The notes: generated by a model not told the origin, from the letters alone. Positions 1 through 11,178 are shown, counted from the stretch's first letter. The stretch: 64,000 nucleotides of DNA from Eledone cirrhosa (GCA_964016885.1 OZ024743.1:227788001-227852000); one strand, 5' to 3'. Translations and numbers: made by a program.

Positions 1-1898
1 CCGTTCACCTTGATCCTAGAACAGATGTGGTTGCTATGTAGGGCAGTGATCCAGCCTCTGAAAACAGGACCGAACCCAGCCGCCGCTAGCACCGCATCCA
101 GGTAACCATGGTCGACCCTATCGAAGGCCTTAGACTGATCCAAGTTGATCAGGGCCCCACCGAAGCCGGGTTTGTTGCCAACCCTCTCTATGATGTATCG
201 CATGAGGTGGAGGTTATCGTGAATGGACCTGGATGGGATAGCACATGTCTGCGCATCTCCCACCAGGCCACTCACGACAAGCGCCAACCTCTTTGCTAAC
301 ACCTTGGCCAAAATCTTTAACTCTGTGTTTAGCAGGGTTATGGGCCGAAAATTATTTATACTATCCCCCTTGTTCTCGTCCTTCCTCACCAGCGTGACTA
401 CGCCCTTGGCTACAGAACAAGGAATTCTCCCGTTCTGCTGCCAATTGCAGTAGACCGCTTCGAGGAGTTCGGAGAAGAAGACCGGCATTGCTAAATAAAG
501 TTCGTAAGGTATACCATCGAGACCTGGAGATTTGCGTCTGCTGCATTGGCTCAGCGCATCTCCGATCTCATCAGCCGAGATTGGTCCCTCGCAGGACTCC
601 GCCTCTTTGTTCGAGAGACGCGGCAGGCCGTCGAGGTATGGACCGAAATCCACGCCCCGGCCCGGACCCTCGCCTCCCCCGAACAATCGGGCAAAGTGCT
701 TTTGAAAGGCCTCGCACATCTGCTTAGGCTCCCGGATCACTCGTCCATCTTCGTCTTGCAACGACCGGATGGTGGATCGATTTCCACTTTTAGCTTCTGT
801 CACGCGGGCCCATCCAACGGCTTTGGCCCCCTCATTACCTAGAGCACGTATTTTACTTCGAATGACGCAGCCTTCATGCTTTGCATCGAAAAACTGGTTC
901 AAGGCCGTCCTCGATGCCAGCACTCTGGCCACATCTTCGCTCTTGATTGCCTCTTCTAATTTACCTGTTAATTCTTTCTCGTTTCTATTCCTATTGGCAG
1001 CTAACATCTTGCTATAACTTATTGATTCTGTTCTAATCTCTCTTTTGAGAGATGCCCACCATCGGTTGTTGACGATTGCACCCGTCAACCTCTCCTTAAC
1101 TAATCTGCTAATCCGGTTTCTGTAAGTCTCTTTTGCCGGTAAAGACAAATTAAGTTTCCAGTTACCGGGACCCTGTCTATGTGTTTTCTCGAGATTGACC
1201 ACGCAGGTCACTAATTTGTGATCCGTGTAGCCAACCGTGCGCATTTCTGGACAGCTTAATATGTCCCTATCCTTACTTCTAACTAAGAATCTATCTAAGT
1301 ACGATCTAGATTGACCACTGTGGTTTCTCCAAGTCCAGGTAGGCACAGTTGGAAAATCTAGTCGATATCTATCGACCAAGTTAAAACGGTCGAGTAACCC
1401 CTTGAGGCTGTTACACCCCCCTCTATTAGGACATGCTCCTGCATAGTCCCAACGTGCATCTAGGATGTCATTCCAATCCCCCGCTAGAAGCAGGGAACGC
1501 GACGTTCCCAGAAAAGTCTCCAAACGCTGGAAGAAGTCGGGCCGTTCAGCTCCGAAAGGGGAGTAGACGGCGACCAGTCTCAAGGCCGCACTTTCACTAC
1601 TACCAACGTCTAGCACCAACAAACGACCCTCCGGGTCCGAGTGCACAACCTGTACGGCAAGACCCAGGTGTTTTTGCAGCAGCACGACAACCCCACCCCC
1701 ACCTCCAGGTTGACAGAGAGATGCATGCACCTCAAAGTCATCGAAGGTGGGGGCCAGCTGCCGCATGACGCTGATTCGAGTCTCACAGATAACCATTACA
1801 TTTATACTACATGACCTGAGGTCATTTAGAAGCTTTGCTTGCTTCCAAGTTGAGCCCAGGCCACGTGCATTCAAACATCCTACTCTTAACACATCCAT
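1..1898 (-). CDS. LINE ORF2: APE endonuclease plus N-terminal part of reverse transcriptase (partial, open at window edge)
   Basis: Manual translation from the ATG at 1898: MDVLRVGCLNARGLG...VICETR...LVAVYSP...LLLAGDWN...TWTW...SYLDRFLV...TDHKLV...GPGNWKLN (APE), then FRPITLLNTELKILAKVLAKRL...LINLDQSKAFDRVDH...IKVNG (RT). The frame is the same at both ends. It is absent from the ORF track, consistent with no stop codon inside the window. Confidence 0.95.
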   Translation of the reverse strand, partial: MDVLRVGCLNARGLGSTWKQAKLLNDLRSCSINVMVICETRISVMRQLAPTFDDFEVHASLCQPGGGGGVVVLLQKHLGLAVQVVHSDPEGRLLVLDVGSSESAALRLVAVYSPFGAERPDFFQRLETFLGTSRSLLLAGDWNDILDARWDYAGACPNRGGCNSLKGLLDRFNLVDRYRLDFPTVPTWTWRNHSGQSRSYLDRFLVRSKDRDILSCPEMRTVGYTDHKLVTCVVNLEKTHRQGPGNWKLNLSLPAKETYRNRISRLVKERLTGAIVNNRWWASLKREIRTESISYSKMLAANRNRNEKELTGKLEEAIKSEDVARVLASRTALNQFFDAKHEGCVIRSKIRALGNEGAKAVGWARVTEAKSGNRSTIRSLQDEDGRVIREPKQMCEAFQKHFARLFGGGEGPGRGVDFGPYLDGLPRLSNKEAESCEGPISADEIGDALSQCSRRKSPGLDGIPYELYLAMPVFFSELLEAVYCNWQQNGRIPCSVAKGVVTLVRKDENKGDSINNFRPITLLNTELKILAKVLAKRLALVVSGLVGDAQTCAIPSRSIHDNLHLMRYIIERVGNKPGFGGALINLDQSKAFDRVDHGYLDAVLAAAGFGPVFRGWITALHSNHICSRIKVN

Positions 1899-3808
1899 GT
1901 GGGCGGCAGAGCCAAAGGAGAGTGTAGAGACCTACCTTTCCGCTTCCCGGGTTCGGGTTGCACGACTTCCATGGGGTCGGGGGTGTTGGGTGAAGGGGTG
2001 TCTTGTGGTGGTGTGGGGTCGTCGGTGTGTGGTGGGGTTGGGGTGTTTGGAGTTGTGTTGGGGAGGGGAAGGGGAGGGGGAAAGCTTTTTAGTAGGACGC
2101 GGTTTATGGGTTTGACAGAGGGTGGTCCTACGTCCTCCTTAAAATCCTTTTTTAGTTTTTGGTAGAGGTTCATTGGGATTTTTATTAGTTTTAAATGTGG
2201 GTGGTTTTCTGATGAAACAAAGTTTACACCTTCGGTTTGTACCGAAGGATTATTGTATATGAGTTCATTTAATTTATTATTGTTTCTGTTGATGTAAGTA
2301 TAGTGTAATGTCTTTTTTTCAGATGGTGTGAGTGTTTCGAAGAGGGGAGGGGCAGGTTTGGTTTTGTTTGTTGCTGGAGGGGTGTTTTCTGTTTTGTTAG
2401 ATTGTGTTGCGATTTGGGTGGGGGTTGTTTGTCCTTGTGTGTTTTGCACATGTTTTCTTTTTTTCCTTTTAATCTGTCTGAAGGACTCCGTTTCTTCCTC
2501 CGAATTCGTTGGGTTATCTTCAGTGTTGGAGGGAAGAGGTATGTTTGCTGGTAATGTTTCCGTGTTGGTTTTCTTTGTGGGGGAGATGGATGTCACTATG
2601 TTAGACTGTGTTGTGTGTTGTGTCTGCGGTGGTTGTGTTGTTTTATTGAGTGAGAGGTTGGGTGGGCCTGTATTTTGTTTTGGGGTAATGTGTTGTGACT
2701 GTTTGTGTTGTGGTGGTGTTGTGGTGTTACTGAGGGACGGGTTGGGTGGGACTGAGTTTTGTTGTTTGTTTATCTGTTGTGGTGGTGGTGGTGGAGCTGG
2801 TGTTGGTAGCAGGGTTTTCTTTTTGTTGAGTTGGGGACAAGCGGCCTTCAGGTGCCCTCTGCCTGCACAGATATGGCAGGACGGCCTTCTCCCCTCCACG
2901 CTAATGTTTATATACCCGTGGTCCTCTAATAGGATTCTGTCGGGTATTTGGGCGATGCGTTCAGGCTTCATTTGTACTACCAGCTCTATACCTGTTCCAC
3001 TGAACGCATTGCCTGTGGTTTTCCCAATGGAAATCACGTTGTCATTCACTGGATCGATGAAGCCAGCTATGAGCCAGCAGTAGTCCACATCTGGCATCAT
3101 TGCATCCAGCCATATGCGTTGAGTTTTTTTCCCCATATAAGATGGATAAAAGGTGAAATTTTTCGAACGAATCGGTGACAAAGCACATTTTTTTGCCGCC
3201 GATTCGTTCTTCATGATAATTGCTAGGCTTCCATACAGTCTGTCTTTTCTTATGAAAGTTGTTTCATTCAGTACTTCTGCGAGTACTGTTTTGATATCTG
3301 CTTGAGAAGGCTGTTCAGGTTTTTTTGTACTGTTGTTGATGGTCCGAAACTTGACCGTTCGGCTTTCAATGTCTTTCGTGAATTCTTGAGGCATTTTTAC
3401 CAATAAAATACCATTCTCACCTTCACTTATGTATTGTTTTGCGTCCGTGATCCTTCGTACCACATCTGAAATGTTTTCCGCTATATAAGTCAAAGATTTC
3501 TTTGTTTTCTGTGCAAATGAAATCTTGTCGTCTGCTTTGTTTTCTGATATTATGTTATTTTCAACTGTTATTTTTTTGTTTGTTGTGTCTTTGTTTGTGT
3601 TATTAGTATTGTCATGCAATTTTTCAAATTTTTTTTCTTCGTTGTTTTCGTCATTTAATTTTTTCTCCGCAGATTCGTCCGTTTTTATTTTCATTTTTCC
3701 TTCCTTCTCTATGACGTTAGTTGGGAAGGAAGGGAGGACTAAAGCGTGCGAGCTTACAACTCTTACCGCTGTCCCCCCACCACTATTTTCGTTCGCTGCG
3801 TTTAACAT
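1886..3808 (-). CDS. LINE ORF1 (640 aa) nucleic-acid-binding protein with CX2CX4HX4C zinc knuckle
   Basis: ORF track; CHICAGRGHLKAAC knuckle preceded by VEGRRPS, typical of L1/Tx1 ORF1. Its stop overlaps the ORF2 start by 13 nt. Confidence 0.92.
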   Translation of the reverse strand: MLNAANENSGGGTAVRVVSSHALVLPSFPTNVIEKEGKMKIKTDESAEKKLNDENNEEKKFEKLHDNTNNTNKDTTNKKITVENNIISENKADDKISFAQKTKKSLTYIAENISDVVRRITDAKQYISEGENGILLVKMPQEFTKDIESRTVKFRTINNSTKKPEQPSQADIKTVLAEVLNETTFIRKDRLYGSLAIIMKNESAAKKCALSPIRSKNFTFYPSYMGKKTQRIWLDAMMPDVDYCWLIAGFIDPVNDNVISIGKTTGNAFSGTGIELVVQMKPERIAQIPDRILLEDHGYINISVEGRRPSCHICAGRGHLKAACPQLNKKKTLLPTPAPPPPPQQINKQQNSVPPNPSLSNTTTPPQHKQSQHITPKQNTGPPNLSLNKTTQPPQTQHTTQSNIVTSISPTKKTNTETLPANIPLPSNTEDNPTNSEEETESFRQIKRKKRKHVQNTQGQTTPTQIATQSNKTENTPPATNKTKPAPPLFETLTPSEKKTLHYTYINRNNNKLNELIYNNPSVQTEGVNFVSSENHPHLKLIKIPMNLYQKLKKDFKEDVGPPSVKPINRVLLKSFPPPLPLPNTTPNTPTPPHTDDPTPPQDTPSPNTPDPMEVVQPEPGKRKGRSLHSPLALPPTWMC

Positions 3809-4078
3809 TTCTGTTAGACGATTGAAATTTTTTACACAAAATTTTTTTTAAAACAGGTTTTTCACCTCTAGGAGGGGTAAAGATGAGCTGACCCACCGCC
3901 TGACAGTTCAGACGGAGGGTCAAGCTACACAATTGTATCAAAATTAAGTTTGAACTCACAAAATTTCCTCAATAAATTTGAACAAAACTTCTGTGCGAAG
4001 TGAATGACATCCACACTGTAGAACAGACGACAGCTAGATTGATAGATATATAGATAGATAGATATATAGATATACATA

Positions 4079-4268
4079 TAATTGTTTCTACTTTAGGCAC
4101 AAGGCCAGCAATTATTCAGTGCATTACTGGTACTTTATTTTATCGACCCCGTAAGGATGAAAGGCAAAGTCAACCTCGGCGGGATTTGAACTCAGATCGT
4201 AAAGGGACGTAACTATACTGGAAAGCATGGTGTCCGACCCTCTACCGATACTGCCAATCCACCGCCCT
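4079..4268 (-). mobile_element. Full-length tRNA-derived SINE (family A, Nin-like core)
   Basis: Reverse complement shows A box TGGCAGTATCGGTAGA, B box GAGTTCAAATCCC, core GACTTTGCCTTTCATCCTTACGGGGTCGATAAAATAAAGTACCAG and tail CTTGTGCCTAAAGTAGAAACAAT. Flanked by repeated TATACATATAAT (likely TSD). Many copies occur in the window. Confidence 0.9.
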
Positions 4269-5560
4269 ATAGCTATACATATAATATATATTAAACTTAA
4301 GCCAAAATCTCATTAGTGGGGAGATACAAGTCAAATCAACTCAAAAATAGTCAGTTTTACCTAATATAATACTCCGACCTTCATAAGAATAATGGGGCAT
4401 TTAAAAAAATGATATCATACATACCATTTCGCTGCAAGACCGTGTGGTGAACAAGGTGTATCGTTCAATTACTATATGTATATATTTCACCCAAAGGAAC
4501 AAGTTGAATATATGTCATATATACCATGCCGTTCATAGACAGCAGGGTGAAGCAACGTGATAGAACGCTGAATTACTATATTACAATTTTCTACTTAACG
4601 TATTAGGACAATGCAACGGCCTATATTCCCTTATTTCTATGAAGTCTTCATCTCCCGATTAAAAAACTTAAATTCTTCCAATACTGGTTATTCCAATGTC
4701 TTATTCCAATGAGTTTCTGATGTTGTATTTTGAGTCTCAGAAACCATGGTCGGTGTATTACATAAGGTAAAACGGATTTTTTTTTTTTTTACCTGAGTTA
4801 GCTTATGTCCCCTCCAAGATGAGATTTTGGCTGAAGTTTAATATATTTTAATACTTTTCTGGGTGTATAATCAATTTATTAATATTGGATCATCAAGTAT
4901 GAAATTCGGAGAAATTTGTTTTGTTTTTTCATAAGTTCCTACAAATTTCGTACTTGACGACTCAATATATATCTTGTCCTTTTGTTGAGATGCTTACATA
5001 TTAGAGACATTTAATTTTATAGAGGTATAAATTAATATTGACTGCTTCATCATTGTTGAGCTGATTTAGACAGTTTGGGCTGCTATTTCCAGCGTCTATG
5101 TCAGCCCTACTTGGGAGGGGGTCATGCTGCTAATAAAAACACACGCCCCACTTCAGTTTCAACTGACAAATATCAACAAATGAAAGAGAACCAAGGAAAG
5201 TGCAACAACACTAACGATAGTGCCGTAGCATAAACTGAACAAGTAAAAATGTATGTACATATCTGCATTATCAATGTAAAATACAAATAATTGATTATAT
5301 ATATTATTTTTTACTTAAGTGAACAATTGAATAAATTGATGTGATACATTAGCAAATTCTAAAAGCAATTCCAACACCCATCTGTATATTGTATCCCTGT
5401 TAACAAAATAACAACTTTACTATAGAGGTTATACTGTATTAATTGAAAATACATTTAAATATATTGGTCTTGATTTAAGTGAAAAAATTAATAATTTCAC
5501 CTCTATTTCTGTCCTGACGAAGATTCCAAACCATTATCATTAAGGGTGCTAAGTAGAAAC

Positions 5561-5670
<110 letters not shown>

Positions 5671-5679
5671 ATATATATA

Positions 5680-7127
5680 TGTCGTCATTGAAATATGTAT
5701 CACAGCATTCTTATTAAAGGACTTTAACATCTGAAACTACTTCGCTTTTCCTTATTCGATATATACTCCGTCACTCCTAACTGTAATAAGTACGTTGAGT
5801 GCTTGAATTGAATTGCATCAATGTTTACCTTAAGAATTTAGCTCCAAGAAGTTGAGCACTCTATGATGCAACCGATATAGTGGAGAAGAGAGGAAACAGC
5901 CACCAGCTACACCCGGAAATTCCCTCTACCATGGGGGTGGAAATCCCTGATACTACTGGACGGAATTAAAATTATAAACTAACTTTCGGCAGGATAAATA
6001 CGCGGGAACAAAAACAACGATAAACCCCTATTTACCTGCAACAGATTGCATTTGAACAGAAGCCCCCTCAATTCAATCTATATATGGACAAATTGACAAT
6101 CATATTAATCATGTATACCTATCTCATTTTGCATATATGTACTGTATGTATTTTTTGTATTTTTTTGATATTTTTTGTGTTTTTTGTGTATTTTATAACT
6201 GTGTTTTTTTTTTTGGGGGGGGGGGGGGGGGGGTTGTTCCATGTGATAGAAATTCTAACTATGTACCCGCCTAACTATTACCTTTCATACTGTAATTTAC
6301 CCTCCGTTCTACTGTACAGGACTATCGTTCAGTATGTAGATAATATATCTGTAACATTGAGGCCCCTTTCAAAACTTCTTACTCAAACATCTCCCTACGT
6401 ATTAGTTAGTATAGGTGCACATATTTGTTTACTCACTTCAATCTAGATTCTCACTTGTAATTTTTTTAATTTTTTATTTCTGATTTTTTATTTTTTATTT
6501 TTAGTTTTAATTTCCACTGTGAAACCATAATACCTAGAATTAAGTATAATTTCACTTAGAGGTTGATGGTCAATTCCACTGTCCATGGTTAATGTAGGGT
6601 AGTATTGAGACCTATTGATACTCATACTCTCCCAAACCCACTAGCTTTCGGCTAACTGCCACTGGTTTTTGATTGGGGTGGCTAGCAGTAAGCTATATAT
6701 TACAGGCCTGAATACGTCATTGTTTGGTTGAGAGGGGGAACTGCCTAGGCGAATTTCGTAGAACTCTGCGGGAGTTGATGGTCAACTTCCTTCGGACCTC
6801 CGCCTAAGCAGACCGGTGGGGGTGAATTGGTACTCACAGAGGAATGGATGAAGAACCCAAGAGCACACACTTCGTCCGTTCCCATGTCGATTCAATTTGG
6901 ATTGCCTTGGAAACATAACCTTATTATGTAACAAGCTGTCTGACGATGTCGCGGCACTGGCGCACGGAACAGTGTGGCCACTGTCGCCATTGAAATATAT
7001 ATCACAGCATTATTATTAAAGGACTGAAACTACTTCGCTTTTCCTTATTCGATATATACTCCGTCACTCCTATGTGGAATAAGTACGTTGAGTGCTTGAA
7101 TTGAATTGCATCAATATTTATCTTAAG
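5680..7127 (+). mobile_element. Non-autonomous Penelope-like/retrozyme-like element with ~150-bp direct terminal repeats
   Basis: 5680-5834 closely matches 6982-7127. The repeats carry hammerhead sequence, there is no long ORF, and (TA)n lies on both sides. Confidence 0.75.
6935..7008 (+). ncRNA. Type I hammerhead ribozyme motif
   Basis: GCTGT-CTGACGA-[long stem II]-GAAA-TATATA-TC-ACAGC; stem I GCTGT/ACAGC, palindromic stem III. Confidence 0.8.
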
Positions 7128-7263
<136 letters not shown>

Positions 7264-7455
7264 ACAGGGAGAAAGAGACGATTATTAGGAAGAAAAATAT
7301 TTTTTTTTACTTTTTTGTTTCTCTCTCTCTTTTTTCTGGGTTAGAAAATGATTAAAACGAAATGTTTTACTTTGTGTGAAGTGTTAAGGTATTAGTTGAT
7401 TTATTTATTATTTAACAATGGCATTTATTTATCTATTTATATATTTAATTATTGT

Positions 7456-7497
7456 CTATTACAGGTTTCAGCATTTTTATGCATTATCAAATGATAG
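7456..7497 (-). ncRNA. Hammerhead-like motif with U3/A8 core in PLE 3'UTR
   Basis: Reverse complement: CTATCAT-TTGATAA-tGCATaaaaATGCt-GAAA-CCTG-TA-ATAG. Confidence 0.55.
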
Positions 7498-7877
7498 TGA
7501 AATGTATTAGTGTGGTGTCGCACACGTTAAACAGAAGGTGCAGAAAGAATAATGTTATTTACAAACAAGGTTTATGAAGTGAAAAGAAAAAAGAAAAAGG
7601 AAAAAAAAACAGCCATAATGTAGAACATAAAAAGTCAATGTGGAAGAAAAAATAATGTTATTTACAAGCATAGTTATTGAAGTTAAGCAGATCAAAATGT
7701 GTTAATATAGCAAGAGTGCTTAGTTGATCCATGATTCCGTGATGGAGGCAAATGGTGGACTGAGGTTTGATATGATTTCCCTTTCTTGCTGGGTGACATT
7801 TAATTTATTTAAGAAAAAGGATTAGGTAGGGTGTGAGGGAGGTAACTCTTGTAAATGTTTGATTGTTTGTTGCAGTT

Positions 7878-8375
7878 TTAGATTGGTCCGATTTTTAGAG
7901 CATTAAGTAAGGGTTGAAATTTATTAATGAAATATGTTTCCTTATTGGTACGTTGGATGAAAGTAGCGTTGTCTATGAATTTGTAAATGAGGAAAATTTT
8001 AAAGTTTGGATGTTGGTTGAGAGCACAATTGGTGAAATGTTCACTAAATGCAATCTTTCTGTATTCCTGTATTTTAATTTGTGATTTATGGGCGGTCATA
8101 CGTTGACGGAGGCTGTTTTTTGTCTGTCCTATGTAGTGCTCTTGACAACCTGAGCCGGTCAAAACATAGATAAGGTTTTCAGATGCACATGTAAAGTTGT
8201 GTTTAGCTGTGAAACGTTGTCCTTGTTTAAAATGGAATGTTGAACCTTCTATTAGATTTATGCATATGCCACAGTTGGGCCTTCTGCATTTTGTTACTGT
8301 AGGGTTCATTGTGAGGGTTTGTTGGATTTTGGCCTGTATGAGGATGTTTTTTATGGATTTGGGTTGTCTTTTGCT

Positions 8376-8378
<3 letters not shown>
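7878..8378 (-). pseudogene. PLE C-terminal GIY-YIG endonuclease fragment
   Basis: KSKRQPKSIKNILIQAK...CRRPNCGIC...FTCASENLIYVLTGSGCQEHYIGQTKNSLRQRMTAH...SEHF...KETYFINKFQPLLN. The Cys-rich linker before the endonuclease is characteristic of Neptune-group PLEs; the RT part is missing. Confidence 0.88.
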
Positions 8379-8448
<70 letters not shown>

Positions 8449-8741
8449 TCAACAAAGCATATAACTCATTGTTTATATATATAAAGGTTTAGATCGATAT
8501 CCAGTGACTTCGGTGTTGTTTACAATTTGCTCAACAAATTCATTCGGAACACACGCATGGGATTATTTGTAAGACAACATTCCCAGCCAGAAGCTTAAAT
8601 TATGGTAGTAGTCTAATTATTGTGTCGGCAGATTAACATCTGCAAACGTTAAAGTACTAACAATTTTATCAATTGAAACACCTAGCATCCGCATAGTTAA
8701 GCACACAAAAATTCGCCGGAATACAAACATCTACGTCTAAA

Positions 8742-8844
8742 CTGGTACAGTATTTTTTCGAATTCCGTGGAGAATCCGCTGGTCATCGATTAACGATAAA
8801 TCCATAACCAGCAAATTCCGGACGATGGAACTCTCATCAGCTAG
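8742..8844 (-). ncRNA. Type I hammerhead ribozyme motif with very long stem II
   Basis: Reverse complement: CTAG-CTGATGA-GAGTTCC...GAATTTGCTGGTTAT...ATGACCAGCGGATTC...GGAATTC-GAAA-AAATACTG-TA-CCAG; stem III appears mutated. Confidence 0.72.
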
Positions 8845-9064
8845 AAAGTGGTTTCTGGAAATCGACATTATTACTAAATTTTCAAGTCGGTGCCGGTATC
8901 CTAATTGTGGCATTAACTGCTAATCGGTCAGCAAATAACAGCAGCAGTGGCAGACTGGCTTGGGTTGGCGCTAATGTTTATTATAGCAGCGTGTGTTCAC
9001 CTATATGGAGCACTCGACCATAATTAAAGAAAGAAAAAAATATATATGTATGCATGTATATGTG

Positions 9065-9096
<32 letters not shown>

Positions 9097-9149
9097 TGTA
9101 TGTATGTATGTATGTATGTATGTATGTATGTATGTGTCTGTATGTATAT

Positions 9150-9502
9150 GCGCGGGGACATAGAAATAGTCGGGCTGGATACCCGATCGCGCGGTTAAAC
9201 CACTGGGAGTGAAGGACCCCCTAGCCTTCCTCAGGGCATTCTTCTAGGAGAAGGCAACTCAGGAAACTGGGATAACTCCGACATAAAACCTGCGGCTCAG
9301 TAGTTACCGATGATGTTGATCTTTTCTTTTTTTCGGGTTATCACTACTGTCACTCAGAGAGTGGGATTGGCTCAGTGCACAGTCTTTCCTCACTTTAAAA
9401 AAAATCTTCACACACAGGCATTGCACGGTAGAATTAATTAATAATTATTAATAATGGGATATCGTGCAATGGCCATACTCGATAACGAGGGGACAGCCAT
9501 CA
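9150..9502 (+). mobile_element. Short GC-richer interspersed element inside (TATG)n; possibly an RTE-derived non-autonomous element
   Basis: Sharp boundaries in (TATG)n; TCTAGGAGAAGGCAACTC resembles RTE 5'UTR motifs (from memory); 3' hairpin GGCATTGCACGGTA...TATCGTGCAATGGCC. Confidence 0.4.
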
Positions 9503-9695
9503 TGTATGTATGTTTGTGTGTCTGTATGTATGTGCGTATAATTTTCTATGTATATGTATAACAATTTCACTTAAGTAAAAAATATTCTATTTCAATGAAC
9601 CTATAAATGAGTTTTCGGCACCTGCTTGAACTTACGAAATATATATATACATTTTTCAATTACGTCGAACATCATTTATCATTATTTTATTTTTT

Positions 9696-9805
9696 AGTTC
9701 AAATCCCGCCGAGGTTAACTTTGCGTTTCATCCTTACGGGGTCGATAATATAAAGCACCAGTAATACACTGAGATAATTACTGGCCTTGTGCCAAAAGTA
9801 GAAAA
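9696..9805 (+). mobile_element. SINE family A, 5'-truncated at the B box
   Basis: Matches the copy at 4079-4268. Confidence 0.88.
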
Positions 9806-10582
9806 AAAAATCATTTTATTTCGGTAAAATAAAACATAATAACCCTCCTAATCTTGACAGCATCTTCACCATTCCAGAAGGTCACTTACACTAATATTTT
9901 TGTTAAAATTTATATATTTAAAATCTATTTGTCGAACAAATACAAAAGATTAGACATACACATATTTGAATTGATGGTAGGTATATGGTGAGAATGATTA
10001 AATTGGACTAATGTAGCAAAGTGCCTGCAGTTCATGAAGGGTATCAAGGTAACATTTTATTATTTTTCTTTAAAATAATTGAAATAAAAAAAAAATTATC
10101 TATTTATGCACTCGCCGTCGACGTTGGTTGGATTGAAAACCTCACTCCTATTTCAAGGTACAGGATTCATAGATACACAGTAACTACCCACATGACCATC
10201 TACAGGACAACAAATGTAGAATTCTTTACCTTTTTGGGAGTTACATGGTTTATCTTCGATTTTCGTATTATTTTCAGACGGATTGATTTGAACTCGCAGT
10301 AATTCCTCTTAAAACTATTGTTTCTTCTACTGGTGATATGAGAGGCCCACACGCTGGTAATTAGACGTTAAAACATGGAGATACCAGCCTTGAAAATGTC
10401 CTACCACCTACCTTCCTCAGTCTTCCAATCATACCTTATAGACAGGAATAAATCCTGATTATTAGAGCCATGCTACATTGTCTCCCATTCCCAAGTAGGG
10501 GGAAATATTTTAACCCCCTTACAACTATCCTACCGTATTCTCTTCCAATATCTCAAAAGTAATGATAGCAGCCATTAAAAAT

Positions 10583-10922
10583 AATTGTTTCTACTTTTGA
10601 CACAAGGCCAACAATTATCTCAGTACATTACTGGTACTTTATTTTATAGACCCCGTAAGGATGAAAGGCAAAGTTAACCTCGGCGGGGTTTGAACTCAGA
10701 TCATAAAGGGAGGTAACTCTATGCTTCAAAGCAAGGCGTCCAACCCTCTACCGATACTGCCAATCCACCGACAGCCATTAAAAATAATTGTTTCTACTTT
10801 TGGCACAAGGCCAGCAATTACCCAGTGCATTCCTGGTACTTTATTTTTATCGACCCCCGTAAGGATGAAAGGCAAAGTTAACCTCGGCGGGAGTTCAAAT
10901 CCCGCCAAGGTTAACTTTGCCT
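10583..10922 (-). mobile_element. Two tandem family A SINEs; the second ends in a fold-back at the B box
   Basis: Full copy 10583-10770 flanked by repeated CAGCCATTAAAAATAA; partial copy 10786-10892 followed by an inverted segment at 10900-10922. Confidence 0.88.
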
Positions 10923-11178
10923 GATATACTGGAGGTTTAATTCCTTTTATCGCTCCCCAGTTGCCTCTCGTCTTAAGTAAATTTGGTGGAAATGCTGTTG
11001 TCTATTAAGATATCAGCAACATATTATTTCTCTGTCTCTAGCATAAGAATTGTCTCTTAAAATAGTCTGCCTGTCAATTGTATACGTCTATTATCTCTTA
11101 GCTGGGTAGCTTCCTATCATATCGAATTATCGTAGCTTGTATTATTGGTGCGCTCTTTCGCCCGCCCTCACATATATG

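Larger units (their letters stand above)
1..4034 (-). mobile_element. Non-LTR retrotransposon, L1/Tx1 clade; 5' portion only (3' part lies beyond the left edge)
   Basis: About 225-bp 5'UTR, ORF1 with a CCHC knuckle, and an overlapping ORF2 with APE and RT motifs. The 5' end abuts a (GATA)n/(TA)n-like tract at ~4035-4080; the exact boundary is approximate. Confidence 0.93.

Noticed and set aside
108-3851. Plus-strand ORFs such as 2328-3083 (251 aa)
   Set aside because: Antisense shadows of the LINE ORF1/ORF2
4170-4268. tRNA-like A/B boxes here and at other copies
   Set aside because: SINE heads: no complete cloverleaf, and always joined to the same core and tail
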